64,000 nt of DNA from Seison nebaliae (Eukaryota): positions 1-64,000 of the forward strand of contig JALJEE010002570.1 of NCBI GenBank assembly GCA_023231475.1, in the 5' to 3' direction. The position numbers were made by a program, and so were the translations under genes. Below are positions 14,572 to 27,800 of the stretch, piece after piece. How positions within the stretch are numbered: position 1 is the stretch's first letter; each line of letters opens with the position of its first letter. The notes under the pieces are model-generated. The model worked only from the letters and a program-made list of their open reading frames with translations, searched no databases and was not told the origin of the DNA.

Positions 14572-15753
14572 CGTGTATAATCGTTTGTATAATAATTAAT
14601 TCCTCAATTATTGTACCAGGAATTGGTTGGGGAAAAAAACACGATTTTCACCTTGGGCTTAAATTGAAAAAAAACTACGAATTCTTCCTATTACATTTGC
14701 TCATTTGAATAAATATTTAATTCTATTTAATTTCTCTTATTGTAATTTGTCCAATTTCCCATAAAACTTTCCTTCTCACAAAATTTCCCCGGTGACTGAA
14801 AACGGATTCTTTCCAATTTTTCTAATTCAAATTTTTAGTTTTATTCCACTCCAAATTATTATTTCCTTTCTCACACAACATCATTACCACAATTGTTCAG
14901 GTTATACACATTATCCAACATAGTTTCCTACATAACATAACGTCTTAATTTTCATTTCTTTAATTTTATCTTACAATTTTAATCATGTCCAATAATAATA
15001 GATTAGTAAGAACGATAGGACGAAGAGGAAAAGAAATTTTAAAAAATATTTTTGTCATTAAATTATTTCCATGTGAAATGTTATCTGATTCATCTAATGT
15101 CTTTTTAAGATTAGACTTATTCATTTTCAATGAAACATAAATTCATCGATCCTTTTTATTATTTAACATTAAACAATTTTTCTAATATGAAACTTATTCA
15201 TTAAATTACTATTCTTTTAACATTGTGTAACGTAAAGAGGAGAACATTGAGAATTGTTAAAAAATTGAAGTGTGTTGGTATTTGGGATGAATATTCAGAA
15301 ATTAAATTGATATGAAGCCGAAAATTTTTAAAATTCATTAAAATTTCATGTTAAATGGAGAGTGGTGAATCGAAGTATTTTCTTTTTAAATCGGACAATA
15401 ACTACACTTCAATTTGCTTAGCAATGGTAATTGTATAAGAAATGTAATTCACATAATTTGTGTTGGATGTTTTCCTTCTTAACTTCACTTCACATGTGGA
15501 ATGAGTTATGAAAATAGAGATGTTTATGTATACGTGAAGAAGTACATTGACGAATGATATTATGTTATAGATAAGAGGAAATGATGATTTTGAGGGAGAA
15601 ATCTATTATATTTATATGTCTAATTTTCTCTCTTCTTTTCGTTTGATTCTAATGGAATATTAAGAAGGAATTCTCTTATAAAATAATACCTTCCTCTGCT
15701 CATCAAAAACTTTCCTTGACATTATTAGTAGATGATATTTCTCTTTTTCCATA

Positions 15754-16674
15754 ATGAATTACAATATTGCTTATCAAGTGAATTCGGCTTCACAAATCTG
15801 TCGAACAGAATGGCAATTTCTTTCGAAAAAATCCGATAAATCCGGCACCGTTCGACCACCACTCTTAGTATTGCCATGTCGAGAAATGGAATGTTGGTTA
15901 GGTGCAGACGCCTTAGCTGTCATATTAATGTTCAAATTGAATGGATTAACATTTGATGAGATAAGTGAAAAGAATGTGATCGAAATGTCACCATCATCTA
16001 CTGTTCCATTATTCAAATGTTCCAATCTGTTAATTGCTGGATATAATTCAATTTATGAATTTATTTCAATCAAGAACTTTCATCAGAATATGATGGCAGA
16101 TAATAAAGATTTCCTTATTTATCCATATTTCACCATCATCAATCATACACTCAGAAATTGTTGTCTCTTCCAATTGTTCAACAACGAATCATCGACAGAG
16201 AAGATGGAGAAGATCTTCTCCCGATTATATGCATGGCCATTATCATCAATAATGTGGAATTATAACAAGTGGATATATTCGAAAGAACTGAAAACTCATC
16301 AACTTTATCATTTGACTGAAGAAGAAATCAATGAACAATTCAAACAATTATTAACTCTCATTCAAAATAAGTTGAATAGAAAAAAAAGAAAATTCTTATT
16401 CGGCGATCAAATGACAACTGCTGACATTATATTTTATGCATATTATCTAATAATTCATTATTTCTCTACTGATCATATATCGGACGACCAAGAACAACCT
16501 CATCCAGCCATTAATATTTTTGAAAATTTTCGCAAAATTATACGAACTCAATTCGAATATGACGAAGAGTTTTTGAAATATATCGAAAATTTTGCTTACG
16601 TTTTCGGACGACGAGACGACGAAAAAAGTGACACTACTAAAAATTTCCTTTCAAAATTTCTGTTAAAATCATAA
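15754..16674 (+). CDS. MTX2: Metaxin-2-like mitochondrial SAM complex protein (GST fold), intronless
   Basis: ADALAV...NVIEMSPSSTVPLF matches the metaxin N-domain (NAEYMSPSGKVPFI); YAWPLSSI and FLFGDQMTTADIIFYAY are typical of metaxin C-domains. Confidence 0.8.
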   Translation: MNYNIAYQVNSASQICRTEWQFLSKKSDKSGTVRPPLLVLPCREMECWLGADALAVILMFKLNGLTFDEISEKNVIEMSPSSTVPLFKCSNLLIAGYNSIYEFISIKNFHQNMMADNKDFLIYPYFTIINHTLRNCCLFQLFNNESSTEKMEKIFSRLYAWPLSSIMWNYNKWIYSKELKTHQLYHLTEEEINEQFKQLLTLIQNKLNRKKRKFLFGDQMTTADIIFYAYYLIIHYFSTDHISDDQEQPHPAINIFENFRKIIRTQFEYDEEFLKYIENFAYVFGRRDDEKSDTTKNFLSKFLLKS

Positions 16675-16876
16675 GAATAATCAAATTAATCAACCTCAAT
16701 ATCATAAATTAAATTTTCTTTTTTGAAAATTAATTGACTTCTATTATTATGGATAGAAGAGATTCATTTAGTTTTGTTGACAAAAAAATTTTGAAAAATT
16801 TTATTTTGATTCTTTTCAGATAATTTCATTTTTTTATTATTAAATTCAAATTTTTGAAGAATTTCCATCTCATCAG

Positions 16877-18412
16877 ATGGATGAGACGAATGAAAAGAAT
16901 CTATTAAATTCACCCAATGTTCAAGTAAAGAATGAACGAACAATATTTAACACGGGATACAACGACGATGATGACGGTGGTGATGTAGGAAAGAATTGGA
17001 AGATCATTGCTTATATCGCCAAAATTATCATTTTCGTTTCTTCCATCATAACGATTGTTTTCATTTCAATTCCATTGGAATATACTAACTTCTTTGAAGA
17101 TTTCTGCTACCACACTTATTGTGCTTGCGTCGCTTTCATTTAGCATAGGAAAATTCTTCGAAAGAAGAAGTAAATCTGGGGAAATTGAAGATAATAATGA
17201 AGCGGGTTCTCATCTTTCTTTCAAATTCCATCATTATTCCTGATAGATATTCATGATCTGGCTTTCACACTCTCAAATCTTGCCTTACCATTGGGTTCCT
17301 TATTGGTCGTTCTGGGCATTGCAGGAATTCTTCAATGTTTTCGACGATTCTGGTGGCCGATATTCGCCGTTTTCAATTTCTTCTTTTAATTTTGAAATTT
17401 TCACTTTTCCATTTCAAATTTCTCTAGTATATCGTCGTATCGATAGCAGTGATTATTAATACGATTATACTGATTATTGTCGTTCCCAAAAGAATTGATC
17501 ATACCATCTATTCCAAACAATGTAAAGTTAATTTTTCTTTCATTATTTCAATTCATTTCCACGAAACATTTCTTTCTCATATTCTGAGAAAGTTTATTTT
17601 GGAACGAAAATCTAATGAGAAAATTTTCGGTGTTTTTCCATTTATCTTCGGGAGTTGATGTACAAAAAAATTCTAATTTCACCTTATTCTTTTGTTTTAT
17701 GAAAAAAAAATGACATGAACTGTCCCGTTTATCTCTAAAATCCAATTCCCTTCCAATATGTGTTCAATCCCCATATCTCTCTCTTTCTCTAGCACTTGGC
17801 ATCATTTTTGGCAAAGGTAACTAAACTTTTTTCTTCTATTAATTCTCAAATAGAATTTTCCTCTCAAACTTCTTTTCACCATTCTTCAATTTAAATTGAA
17901 TTAGAATTTGAACTCTTCTTTTCACCAAATTGTCATTAAAATTCATTTTATCTCAATTCTCTCTCTCTCAGCGTTTTCTGAGTGACAACCATTTCTTTTC
18001 ATTGTAATTCCCCTTCTTTTCTGCTTCTACTGATATTCGGGCAGCTGATGTTATAATTTGTTTAGTGTTCCCCCGTTCTGGTGTTTTCGAGTGCACAAAT
18101 ATTAAATAGTTTGACTAATTTCCTCTTTATCTCCGACATTTTTTTCTGAGCACCAATTTGCATTGAAAGAAAACTTAAAAAATTTCATTTGTATAATTTC
18201 AGTTATGTCGCTATGCAATTACGGCGCTATTGGAACCGATAAGAGAATTTGGATTCGTTCTAATTACAATAGAAGTTTACAATAATTTTATTTCGTTCTT
18301 CATAATCACTTTCTGATCAACGTAGTTGTTACTCTTAATATTAGCAATTTTGATCGCAGTAAAAATTATAAAACAAAAGAATTTAAATTGCGAATCAATT
18401 TTGGGTGCTTAA
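16877..18412 (+). CDS. Four-transmembrane, tetraspanin-like protein (spliced model)
   Basis: Introns 17057-17099, ~17206-17247, ~17369-17427, 17527-18202 (join uncertain) and 18275-18325 give four hydrophobic helices, including LGSLLVVLGIAGIL and FGFVLITIELLLLILAILIAV. No CCG motif seen. Confidence 0.5.
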
Positions 18413-18517
18413 TTCATTTGTCTAACATTCATTTGTGGCCTTAACAATGATACGACAATAATTATTTTTATAAACAACCATTCCAACTAGTATAACGAAA
18501 ACGATTGAAAAGAAAAT

Positions 18518-19017
18518 TCATTTTTTTACCGCAAAAATATTTTCTTGAGCCTGTAAACGCTTCAACTTACCAGACATTTTTATTCCATGACGTGCACCTT
18601 TGTGACATGTTCTTGATGAACAATATTTGAATTGCTCTCTATATTCTGTTTGAGACAAGTGTCTTTGCTTTCTCTGCTCCGTTAAAGTTTTATTAACAGT
18701 TTGCTCAATCTCTTCATCATCACTCGAATTAGATGATGATGATGATGACGATTCATTATCTTTCTTGAAATATTTTAATAAAATTTTCATCATTTCACAA
18801 AATTAACTTGTTTCAAATTCTTGAGAATGTCATTACATTGATTCAGCCACCATCCTTCAAGTCGATTTGTTTGTCGACTTTTATTGTAACCGAATCCATT
18901 TTGATCGAATTTATTCGAAGACTTAACTGTCTTTATATTACCTTGTCGATCCTTTCCCAAACCGTCTCCTAATTCCCAACCGAATTTCTTCAAATACTTC
19001 TCCCCAAGTTTCCCCAT
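18518..19017 (-). CDS. GPATCH4: Short G-patch domain protein 4 (about 151 aa); one intron 18764-18807
   Basis: N-terminal G-patch GEKYLKKFGWELGDGLGKDRQG, a WW motif, and CSSRTCHKGARHGIKMSGKLKRLQAQE matching the recalled GPATCH4 RTAHKAAR...KLARLEAQE motif. Confidence 0.85.
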
Positions 19018-19261
19018 TTCACATGGATGGACAACTAGATGAAAGTCTAAGACGTTAGAAAGAGCAAACAAACGATAAAAATTAAAGAGAATATTTGAAA
19101 ATAAAATTGAAGATGATCATTTGATAAATAAAGAAGAAATTATTTGAATCTTAATCTTTTTTTCCTATAATTTTCGTTGATTAATATTTAATAAGGAAAT
19201 TAAAAGAATTTCTTAATTTTCGTTCAGAAATATCAACAGCGAAAATAAAATTTATAGAAAG

Positions 19262-20947
19262 ATGGAGGATTTGTTCGATGTAATGAATTCTGTCTGTTTG
19301 TCTTCTCCATATCCATTGTCAATACAAAAATTTCTGGGTTTATTATATTTTTCCATTTCTCCAATTTATGTTACAACTATTTGCAGAAGACTACAAAAAT
19401 TTGACAGGAAGTAAGTTAAATGTTGAGAAAGTTGGATTTGGATGTCTCAAAGATGCGATTCTCGCCAATAAAAAATTGGCAGCTACCCAACAGTTCGATT
19501 ATTCCATTTTCACTTCACTTCATTTAATTTAGCGATAATACGGTTTATGTGACCAATCTACGAGACGATAATTCGAAGGCGATTGAAGATTTGGTCTCCA
19601 AACAGAATAATGTTATATTGTTGCTGGAAATTTCTTTCAAATTAATTTAATTAATTTTCAATTTTAGCTTAAAAAAAAGAAGTCCGCACCGCCAGTCACC
19701 GTTAGTCATTTATTCAGTTTGAGAATATGTCTTAAATCGAGTGTTGGTAGAAAGCGTTTGTAAGGAAAAATGCAATGAAAGGAAGTGTTTTAGGACAGCC
19801 TTCCCCCGACATGCAATTGAAGACTTGTAACGTTTGTAATATTTCGTTTGCAAGCAATGATCTCCAAAATCATCTCCGTTCTGCTAAACACAAGGAATTA
19901 GAAAATAAAGCGAAAGAGAAAAAAATTACAACGTCTTCTTCTCGTTCGACATCTTCTCGTCGACGTGGTAGAAAATCATTACCATCTCATTTGGATCCAT
20001 ATTCTGGTGCCAATTATGATAATCGAAATGCTTATGAAATTAAACAAGAGAAAGTTGATGTGAGATTGAGCAGTAGAACTGGAATTAGTGGAATAGACGG
20101 TGCTCCTTATATACCAAATTCTTTTAATAATAATAATAATAATAATTACAAATTTGACACAAATTATCAGGAAAATAACGAGAAAATTAACAATAAAACT
20201 GATACTGAGAATGGAGAGAACAACAAATTAGAAAACGAATATAATCCAACAAATACAACTACTTTAACAACTGCTCAGACAACTCCATCACCAACGTCTC
20301 CTTTTGTTGCCACGACAACGACAATAGACGGTAATGTGAATAAAAATGATCAATCAATTAAGACGACAGGTCAGTCAGCTCGTAAAACCTCTTCAGAAGG
20401 ATTATGGAGTTCTGAGAATTATAATCGAATAACTTTCCAAGATATGATCAATATGGATCCAAAGCAGTTACTGGAAGAAGCAACCGAGGTATTCGAAAAA
20501 AGGTTGAAATTTGCCGAAATGCAAGATCGAAATCATGATGAAGAGATAGAACGAGAGAATTTGAGAGGTAGGCGTCAATCAGTTGATAAGTCAAATTTTG
20601 CATCACCTCAATCTTACACGAAATCGAAAAAATTGGAAATAGCAAAAAGTGAAGAAGAGTGGGAATTGTTCATGTCGAAACATTCCAAATCGTCCAATCG
20701 CAGTACTCGCACTGACTTTGTCGAGAAGCAGAATGAGGAAGATGAAAATGATCCAGTAATTAGCACGAACTTTTCATTTGAAAATATTAGCAATAATAAA
20801 TTGGGTAAGAAGATCACAGTCAATTTAGCTACAGGTGCCAATGAAATGAAGATCGTCTTTGTGTTCAAAGACGTTAAACAATTGGATATTGAGACAGTCA
20901 ATCTCATTAAGAACAAGAATGTGGTTGTTATTCCTTTATCTGAATAA
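19262..20947 (+). CDS. LOTUS (OST-HTH) domain + U1/matrin-type C2H2 zinc-finger protein (spliced model)
   Basis: Introns 19338-19386, 19493-19532, 19612-19667 and 19701-19750 join four small exons in frame to ORF 19775. The N-terminus SVCLSSPYPLSIQKFLEDYKNLTGSKLNVEKVGFGCLKDAI...SKAIEDLVSKQ resembles the TDRD5/TDRD7 extended LOTUS. Zinc finger: CNVCNISFASNDLQNHLRSAKH. Confidence 0.7.
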
Positions 20948-21454
20948 GTCCATCCGTAAGATCCATTTATCGGTATAGACGTTGCAATTCCATTAAAATG
21001 GTAAAGTTTAATGATAGAAAATCATTTAAATGATTTATACATTTTTCTACTGTTAATTCCGCTAATTTAATTTAAACTTTATTTTTTAAAATTTCATAAA
21101 ACATTTCTTTTTAAATGTCTATTTTCCAGTTTCATCATGATAAACATCACACTTTCATTATTTATTCATTCACTTCATTTTCATTTCTTTCACCTTTTCT
21201 TGAAGTAATTTACAATTTATATTAGTTTCTAATTTGAATGTTTTACAGATTATTATGATCTGATGATTAAACATCAATTAATCATTCCGACATGGTTATT
21301 AGTCATTGGCAGTGGAACTTTAATGATTTGTTATAAACATTTTCTTTCAAACGATGATAAAGTAGAACTTAATAATCATTTTCGACTATGAATAATTATT
21401 TACAACTTTAAAGATTATGTGAAGATTTTTGAAAATTAAAAAAAAATATAAATT

Positions 21455-21830
21455 TTGACAAGAGAAATGGAGGAAGAAAATAGAAGAGAGACTAAAGTAA
21501 ATTGGGATGAAGTTGTCCAAGTGAATAACTGTCCAATTATCGTAAGGATAGCATATGATTATGATAAGAGAAAGATGAGTAGGAGATGTGATTATGGATT
21601 CCAATTATATTTGGAGAATAAACAAGTAATTGCTACTAATTGTGGATAAACAATTTTAGATTATGTCGATGATCTTTTTGTGTTTGTTAAATAATAATGT
21701 ATGTTTCTCCTGGTCTCACCGATTGAGGAGGAGTAGGAGAAACGATTAAGTGAAATTGAGAAGGAATGTGAAGATATCTTGTGAAAGTGCAATTTAACAC
21801 CAATACGAAATTAGATTGATCTTGATCGAC
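21455..21830 (+). pseudogene. Possible fossil reverse-transcriptase fragment
   Basis: Reading through the stop at 21647 gives TILDYVDDLFVFVK (YxDD-like), followed by stop-interrupted charged helix-like sequence. Only a single motif. Confidence 0.25.
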
Positions 21831-24800
21831 ATTGTGTATTTATAAAAATATTTATCTATTTGTGATGACCTCTGAATTCCATTCATTTAACTAACTACCC
21901 GTCCCACATCTTATACTCTATCTCATATTATACATATATTCTATATGTCTCATTCTTATAGAATTATATTAGAATTATTCGTTTTTTAGAGAAATCGGTC
22001 GGGATGATAAAGATATTGATAATAATAATTATCTCAACTTCTTCTCCATCTCTTCGTTCTCATAGTTCTTCATTTCATTCATTCATTCATTCGATGCTCA
22101 CCTTTACTATGTTGTTGGTAGACGTTTAGTGAGCGTGTATGAACCGTATGAGGATTCCTCTTCATTCGTTTATCATCAATGATTCAAATTGTTCTCTTTT
22201 ATATTAGTATAAATATAACTAAAAAATCTATACTCAATCTACAAACCATTTAGATATTAATGTTCTTCTCCTTCTTTTTCTACACTGAACTATAACGGAT
22301 GCTATTCGATTTGCACCGTTGATCATTTATCATCTTCCCTTTAACTCTTATCTTCTTCCACTTTATTTTCTCATTATCACATCACTCCAACGTTACACAG
22401 TAAATATAGTATCAGATCTAGTCTGGATGTTCGTATGAATGACTGTTTCATCGATTATTCATTCAAGAGGAAAAATAAGCAAATCTGATTGAAACACTCC
22501 TCCTGATAATATGTTTTCTTTTAGAGTGAGAGCCTTTTCTCCCATTAAACATCAGATGAACGTTAAAGGTGAAAGTTGAATTAAAGAAGTGTCAATATAA
22601 TGTGAGGAAACGAACGACCGAACGATCGACGATGATTTCCCCTCGTTTGATAATTAAATATTCTCTACTGTTCTCTTACCGTAGAATGTAAAAGGTATTT
22701 AGTTTTCTTTCATTTAAGTTGATGATAATTATCAACTCGTTATTAGTAAGAGTAGTTGTAACAACACAACAATAACAACCATTATAATACAGATGTAGAT
22801 TGAAGTTATCGATATAATGAAATTCATAATCAACAGTAAGAGAAGTTGTTTGGGAGGGTTGGAGAAAGTCGAGAATTTTCTTTGTAGAAATCACTCTACC
22901 AGACTAACAAAATATGTTAGTAAATCTGTAGTTCTGATATGTTACCAGTTTATATTGAACATCTAATGAGAATCGTTACATTTCTGATTTGATTTATATT
23001 TCTCTCACAACCTCTTTCTTTGATATCCATCTGATATGTATCGTAAGTGGCTGATCGACCTCGAAAAAATGATGATTGAAGAGACTGAAATTTTCCGGAA
23101 AGAAAAAACAAATTACTTAAAATCAAGATTTGAAGAATGTTCCATTTTATTGTGAAAATCTGAATGACATTCATATTTTTTTCACAGATACATGGAAACG
23201 GAAGTTTTCTTTCGGATTTTCTCTAGCGGCGGAAGTGGACGAGAGAAAACCAGAATATGGTTGTTGTTCCTTGTAGAAATTATACATAATAATTATAATT
23301 CGCTTATCATTCTTTTTATTATTATTGGTTTCTTTTCGAAAAACTTTCTTTTTCTACATATTGATGCTTCTCTCATGTTTAGATGATGTAACTATTTCCC
23401 AGTGACGGAAAAAGAGATTTTGTTCAATAAAGGAAGATTGATAAATTCCTTTTTTTTTTCATTTTTATAATATATATATTTTTTTTCTCGTTAAGAATAT
23501 CTAATAATTCATTTTCATTTCTTACTATCGAACTAAATCAATCTAAACTTATAAATCAATTCGATACTCGGTATCAATATCGACAACTGAAAAGAATCCT
23601 CTTGTCAATTCTATCCTTTCCTTCTCCTATGTTACTAATCTACACAGTCTATGATGAAAGGAAATATTATAAACAATTTTTAGATTACAAATAACATTTT
23701 TATTCTATTCAGAACATTTTTCTTTAACGTTTCTTTTAATTAGAATTAGTCGTAATCCTTGAGAGTTCTCACAGTATTTTTATCGTTATAGATCAAACTT
23801 GTGGAAAAATCTGATGTCAGTTACGTTTCCATTGGATATCTCCTTCGCATTTCGATAACGTAAAAATATAATTATCAAAAAATCAGAAAAGTCATTTCTA
23901 CTAAAAATGATTCGAATCTTTTAACAAGAAATATTGAAAATTTTTTACCTGATAAATTGTGAGAATTTAATTCCATTTAAACGATTAAATTATTAAAGAT
24001 TAAATATAACCAAAATATTTAACGGGTAGAAATTAGAAATAATTTAACAAAATTTTTCATTATTTTTCATTATTTTTCATTTACATTTTTAATAAAAAAA
24101 TTAATCAGATGAATTTCAGTTAGGTTTCAATTCGCTCCAATTGATTTCTAATTAAATTGGAGAAAAGGTAATTGATTTGACAGTTGAGAGAGATTGAAGA
24201 ATAATAATCAATCATACGAAATGAGGAAGAGAAGGCGTTTATCGATGATGAGACAATTAGAAATTGAATTAGGAATTAGGAGAAAGGTTTCTTAATAAAT
24301 ATCAATCATTCCTATCGGATGATATGAATTAATATACGCAAACTAATTACGAAAACAAATAACTCTTACACGCGTAAAGACGTAGGCGAAATATTTTTGA
24401 GGAGGTAAATTAAATGTTAAAGGAACGTTTATAAAAGACATGTTGATGATAACGAAAATACGATCGAATATGAGTTGATGTTGAAGAAATTGTGATTAAT
24501 TCTCTTATTTTATTTATTTTCATATAGATTATCTATAGAATTCTAATGTGAAAAAACAATTAATTAATATAATATTAATTTGGATTGTCTATTCTCCATA
24601 ATTTCGTGCTATCGACCAAATTGGCAGTTCCACCAGTTCCTTCTGAACAGAAGTAAAGATAGTGAGGATGATCAAGTTGATAAGGAGTCAGACATGATTC
24701 AATGAATGAATGACACGAAAATATATCAATTAACTTCACCCAAACATTATGACCAATTGTTCCGTCAGAATGGTTTGATGATTGATAGAAATCGTTTAAG

Positions 24801-24896
24801 AAAAAGACAAATAAAAAGTGAGGGAAACATTCGAAATATTGTTAGATAATGAAAGTTCTACTTCATAAACATTAATGTGGTAACTGTTGGAGGAGA

Positions 24897-27800
24897 ATGG
24901 AGTCGATGACTGATTTATCGTTCGTCATGAAGCGTCACCACTTTTACGAGGGAGGAATGAATCGTGGAGAGAATGATGTGGGAAACCGTCGACGGAATCG
25001 TACTCGAGAGAAATGGAAAACGAATGAAGCACATGTAGATAAAAAACATAATTCGGGTATATTCCCCAAAATTTTCCGTTTCTATAATCCATCAAACTCC
25101 ATTCCACAACGACGGGAAACGAAAAATTCATTTAAGTCTTCAATGTCGTCGTTGTTGATGCATGGGAAGTGGTGTGACGACGACGACGACGACGAAGATG
25201 ATATTCGTGAGAGAAAAACAAAACCGAAAAATGGAAGGGAACGAGAAGGAAAACGAATGTTTTGTATTGAAGAAGAAATCATCAATAATGAGAATTATGA
25301 TAATTGTGGAAATGTTGATGATGATGATAATGATATCAATGTACATCAGAAGAGGAGACAAAACAATCAGAATAATGAAGAAATCGTCGGTAACGCGAGA
25401 AAGAAGAATATTGACGAAGGTCATTCAAATAGTCGACCTTATTGTCATTTACAATATTCAACGTCATATCTCGCTGCTATTGGGAATCGTGTAGATCGAA
25501 ATAAATGGAAAGAAAGAAAACGTGGAGGTATGTTAAATTTTATTAATCAAAAGTCAAACAAACGACGTGAACGACAAGAAGAACGAAAGACTTTGTCGAC
25601 TGACAAACAGTTGAATGGAAATCGAAGAAAACGAGAGAAAAGTGGTGAGGAGAAATTTAAAGGAAAATGGAAAATAGAAGAAATCGATTGGAAGAGAAAT
25701 GAGAGAAAACAATCACTTTCACCAAAAAAATCAATAAATGATATTTGGATATATTCTAATTCAATTCGCAATTTCAATAATAATAATAATAATAATAATA
25801 AGAGAACTATATTACCAATAATACAACAACAACATCAACGAAGATTTGAAGAAATTGATGAGACTTTCAATTCATCGACAACAACAACAACAACAAAAAA
25901 GATTAAAGAGAAAAGAAAGAATAGAAGAATTGAAGAAGAATTGTTGACAGACACTTCACCAAATTCAACAAATTCTGATGATATTGAAACGTATATCTTG
26001 TCGTCGTGTCCAAATCTTTTCGTCCATGAGAACGATTTAAATCGTGGACAACACAAGATTAATGGTCGAATTGATGCCATTGTAACGGAGACGAACGAGA
26101 GAAGAGGAAGAAGAGATGAAATGAAGAAAGAAAAATTGAATCGGAATGAAGGACAAGTGACGAGAGTATATAAGCCAATAATTCCTAAGGGAACAATTGA
26201 TGAGTATTCAAATAAAATGAATTTAAATCATTCTCTCACCACTACCAACACTAACAACATCAACAATAATAATAATAATAATAATTATATTTATTATAAA
26301 TATAAAACAAATTATAATAATTGTCATTTTAATATCAACAATAACAACAACAACAACAATAATAATAGTGGTGTTGATAAGAATAAAGATATTTATAATG
26401 CGAATAATTTTAATAATAAAAATTTGACTGAGAGATTCTTCGTCACATGTACATCAATTACAACGACGACAACGACGACAACAACAACAGTCACGACATT
26501 ATCATCATCAACTTTCTTTAATGACACCAACATCAATACATCCAGTACAATTACAATAACAACAGCGAATAATTTGTTGAGGAACGACAACAACAATAAC
26601 AACAATAATAATAATAATACAAATAATTTGAATTTTATTGAGAATTCGAATAATTTATCGAGTAAAAAGAAATATTATTATTTCTGTTCAATCGATGAGA
26701 ATAAGAAAAATTTGAAGAGAATTGTTGAACATCAGCCAAATCGACGAGAATTATCTCGCCCAATTCATACCAACGAAAATTATCATGATTATAACGACGA
26801 CGACGATGACGATGATGATGATGAGAAGAAGAGAAGAGGAAATCATTTAGTGGAGAATGATTTGATCAAATTTAATTTTAATCCGAATCCAATTCAAATT
26901 TCTAATGACAATTTCCTCCCAATTTATTATCATCGAGAAGAGAAACAGAATCATCAGATTTCTACTTCAAACGTTAATCTCATTTATCAGAATCATAAAG
27001 AACCGTATTCTCAATACATTAATCATAATGGTAATCAATTAAATACTCATCAATTCAAATCATCTGATTTCATTGTTCATTCCACCAATTCTATTCCTCA
27101 TTCACAATCACCTTCCACTCAATTCACAAGTTCATCTCTTTCGACATCTCAAAATCGTGACGTGACGACGGACGGAGGACGACGTGATTCTCAACAATCC
27201 GAATGTCTACCCGACAATTGTTTGAATCCATTACGATTGAATTATAAGAAATATTATTCCGTAAAGAATACATCGTCTGATTCAAAAAAGAGAAAATTTT
27301 CGAAAAAAAATAAAGAGAACGTTCAAATTCAATTGATGAAGGGCAGTAATGGTGGAGAATTGATGAAAGATCGACCTACAAATCGATTTCGCCCTAGATC
27401 TCCCAAGTCCTTATTCAATCACAAACGTTTCAGTATCAGTTCCACTAATATTCATCAGACGGGCAATTATCCAGATAAATCGATCGCCAAAGCTGATATT
27501 CTCAAATTCTCCTCATCACCTTCACCATCTTCACTCTCAACTTCTCCCTCTCAATCTCCACCATATCCTTCATGTTCAATACCTAACGACATGGAGATGA
27601 TGAGAGAACCAAAATTCAATAAGATTATAAATAATTCCGGTCATTTACCTGTCACCAGCATCTCTTATAAGCAAATGAACGAGAATATCGTTTATGAAGC
27701 ATCACCAAAATATTCGAATCATCCAAATTCGGTGGTACATCCGCCTTCATCCAACGTCCTCTCAACAAATAAAACGAATAAGGAGACGAGAAAGAAATCG

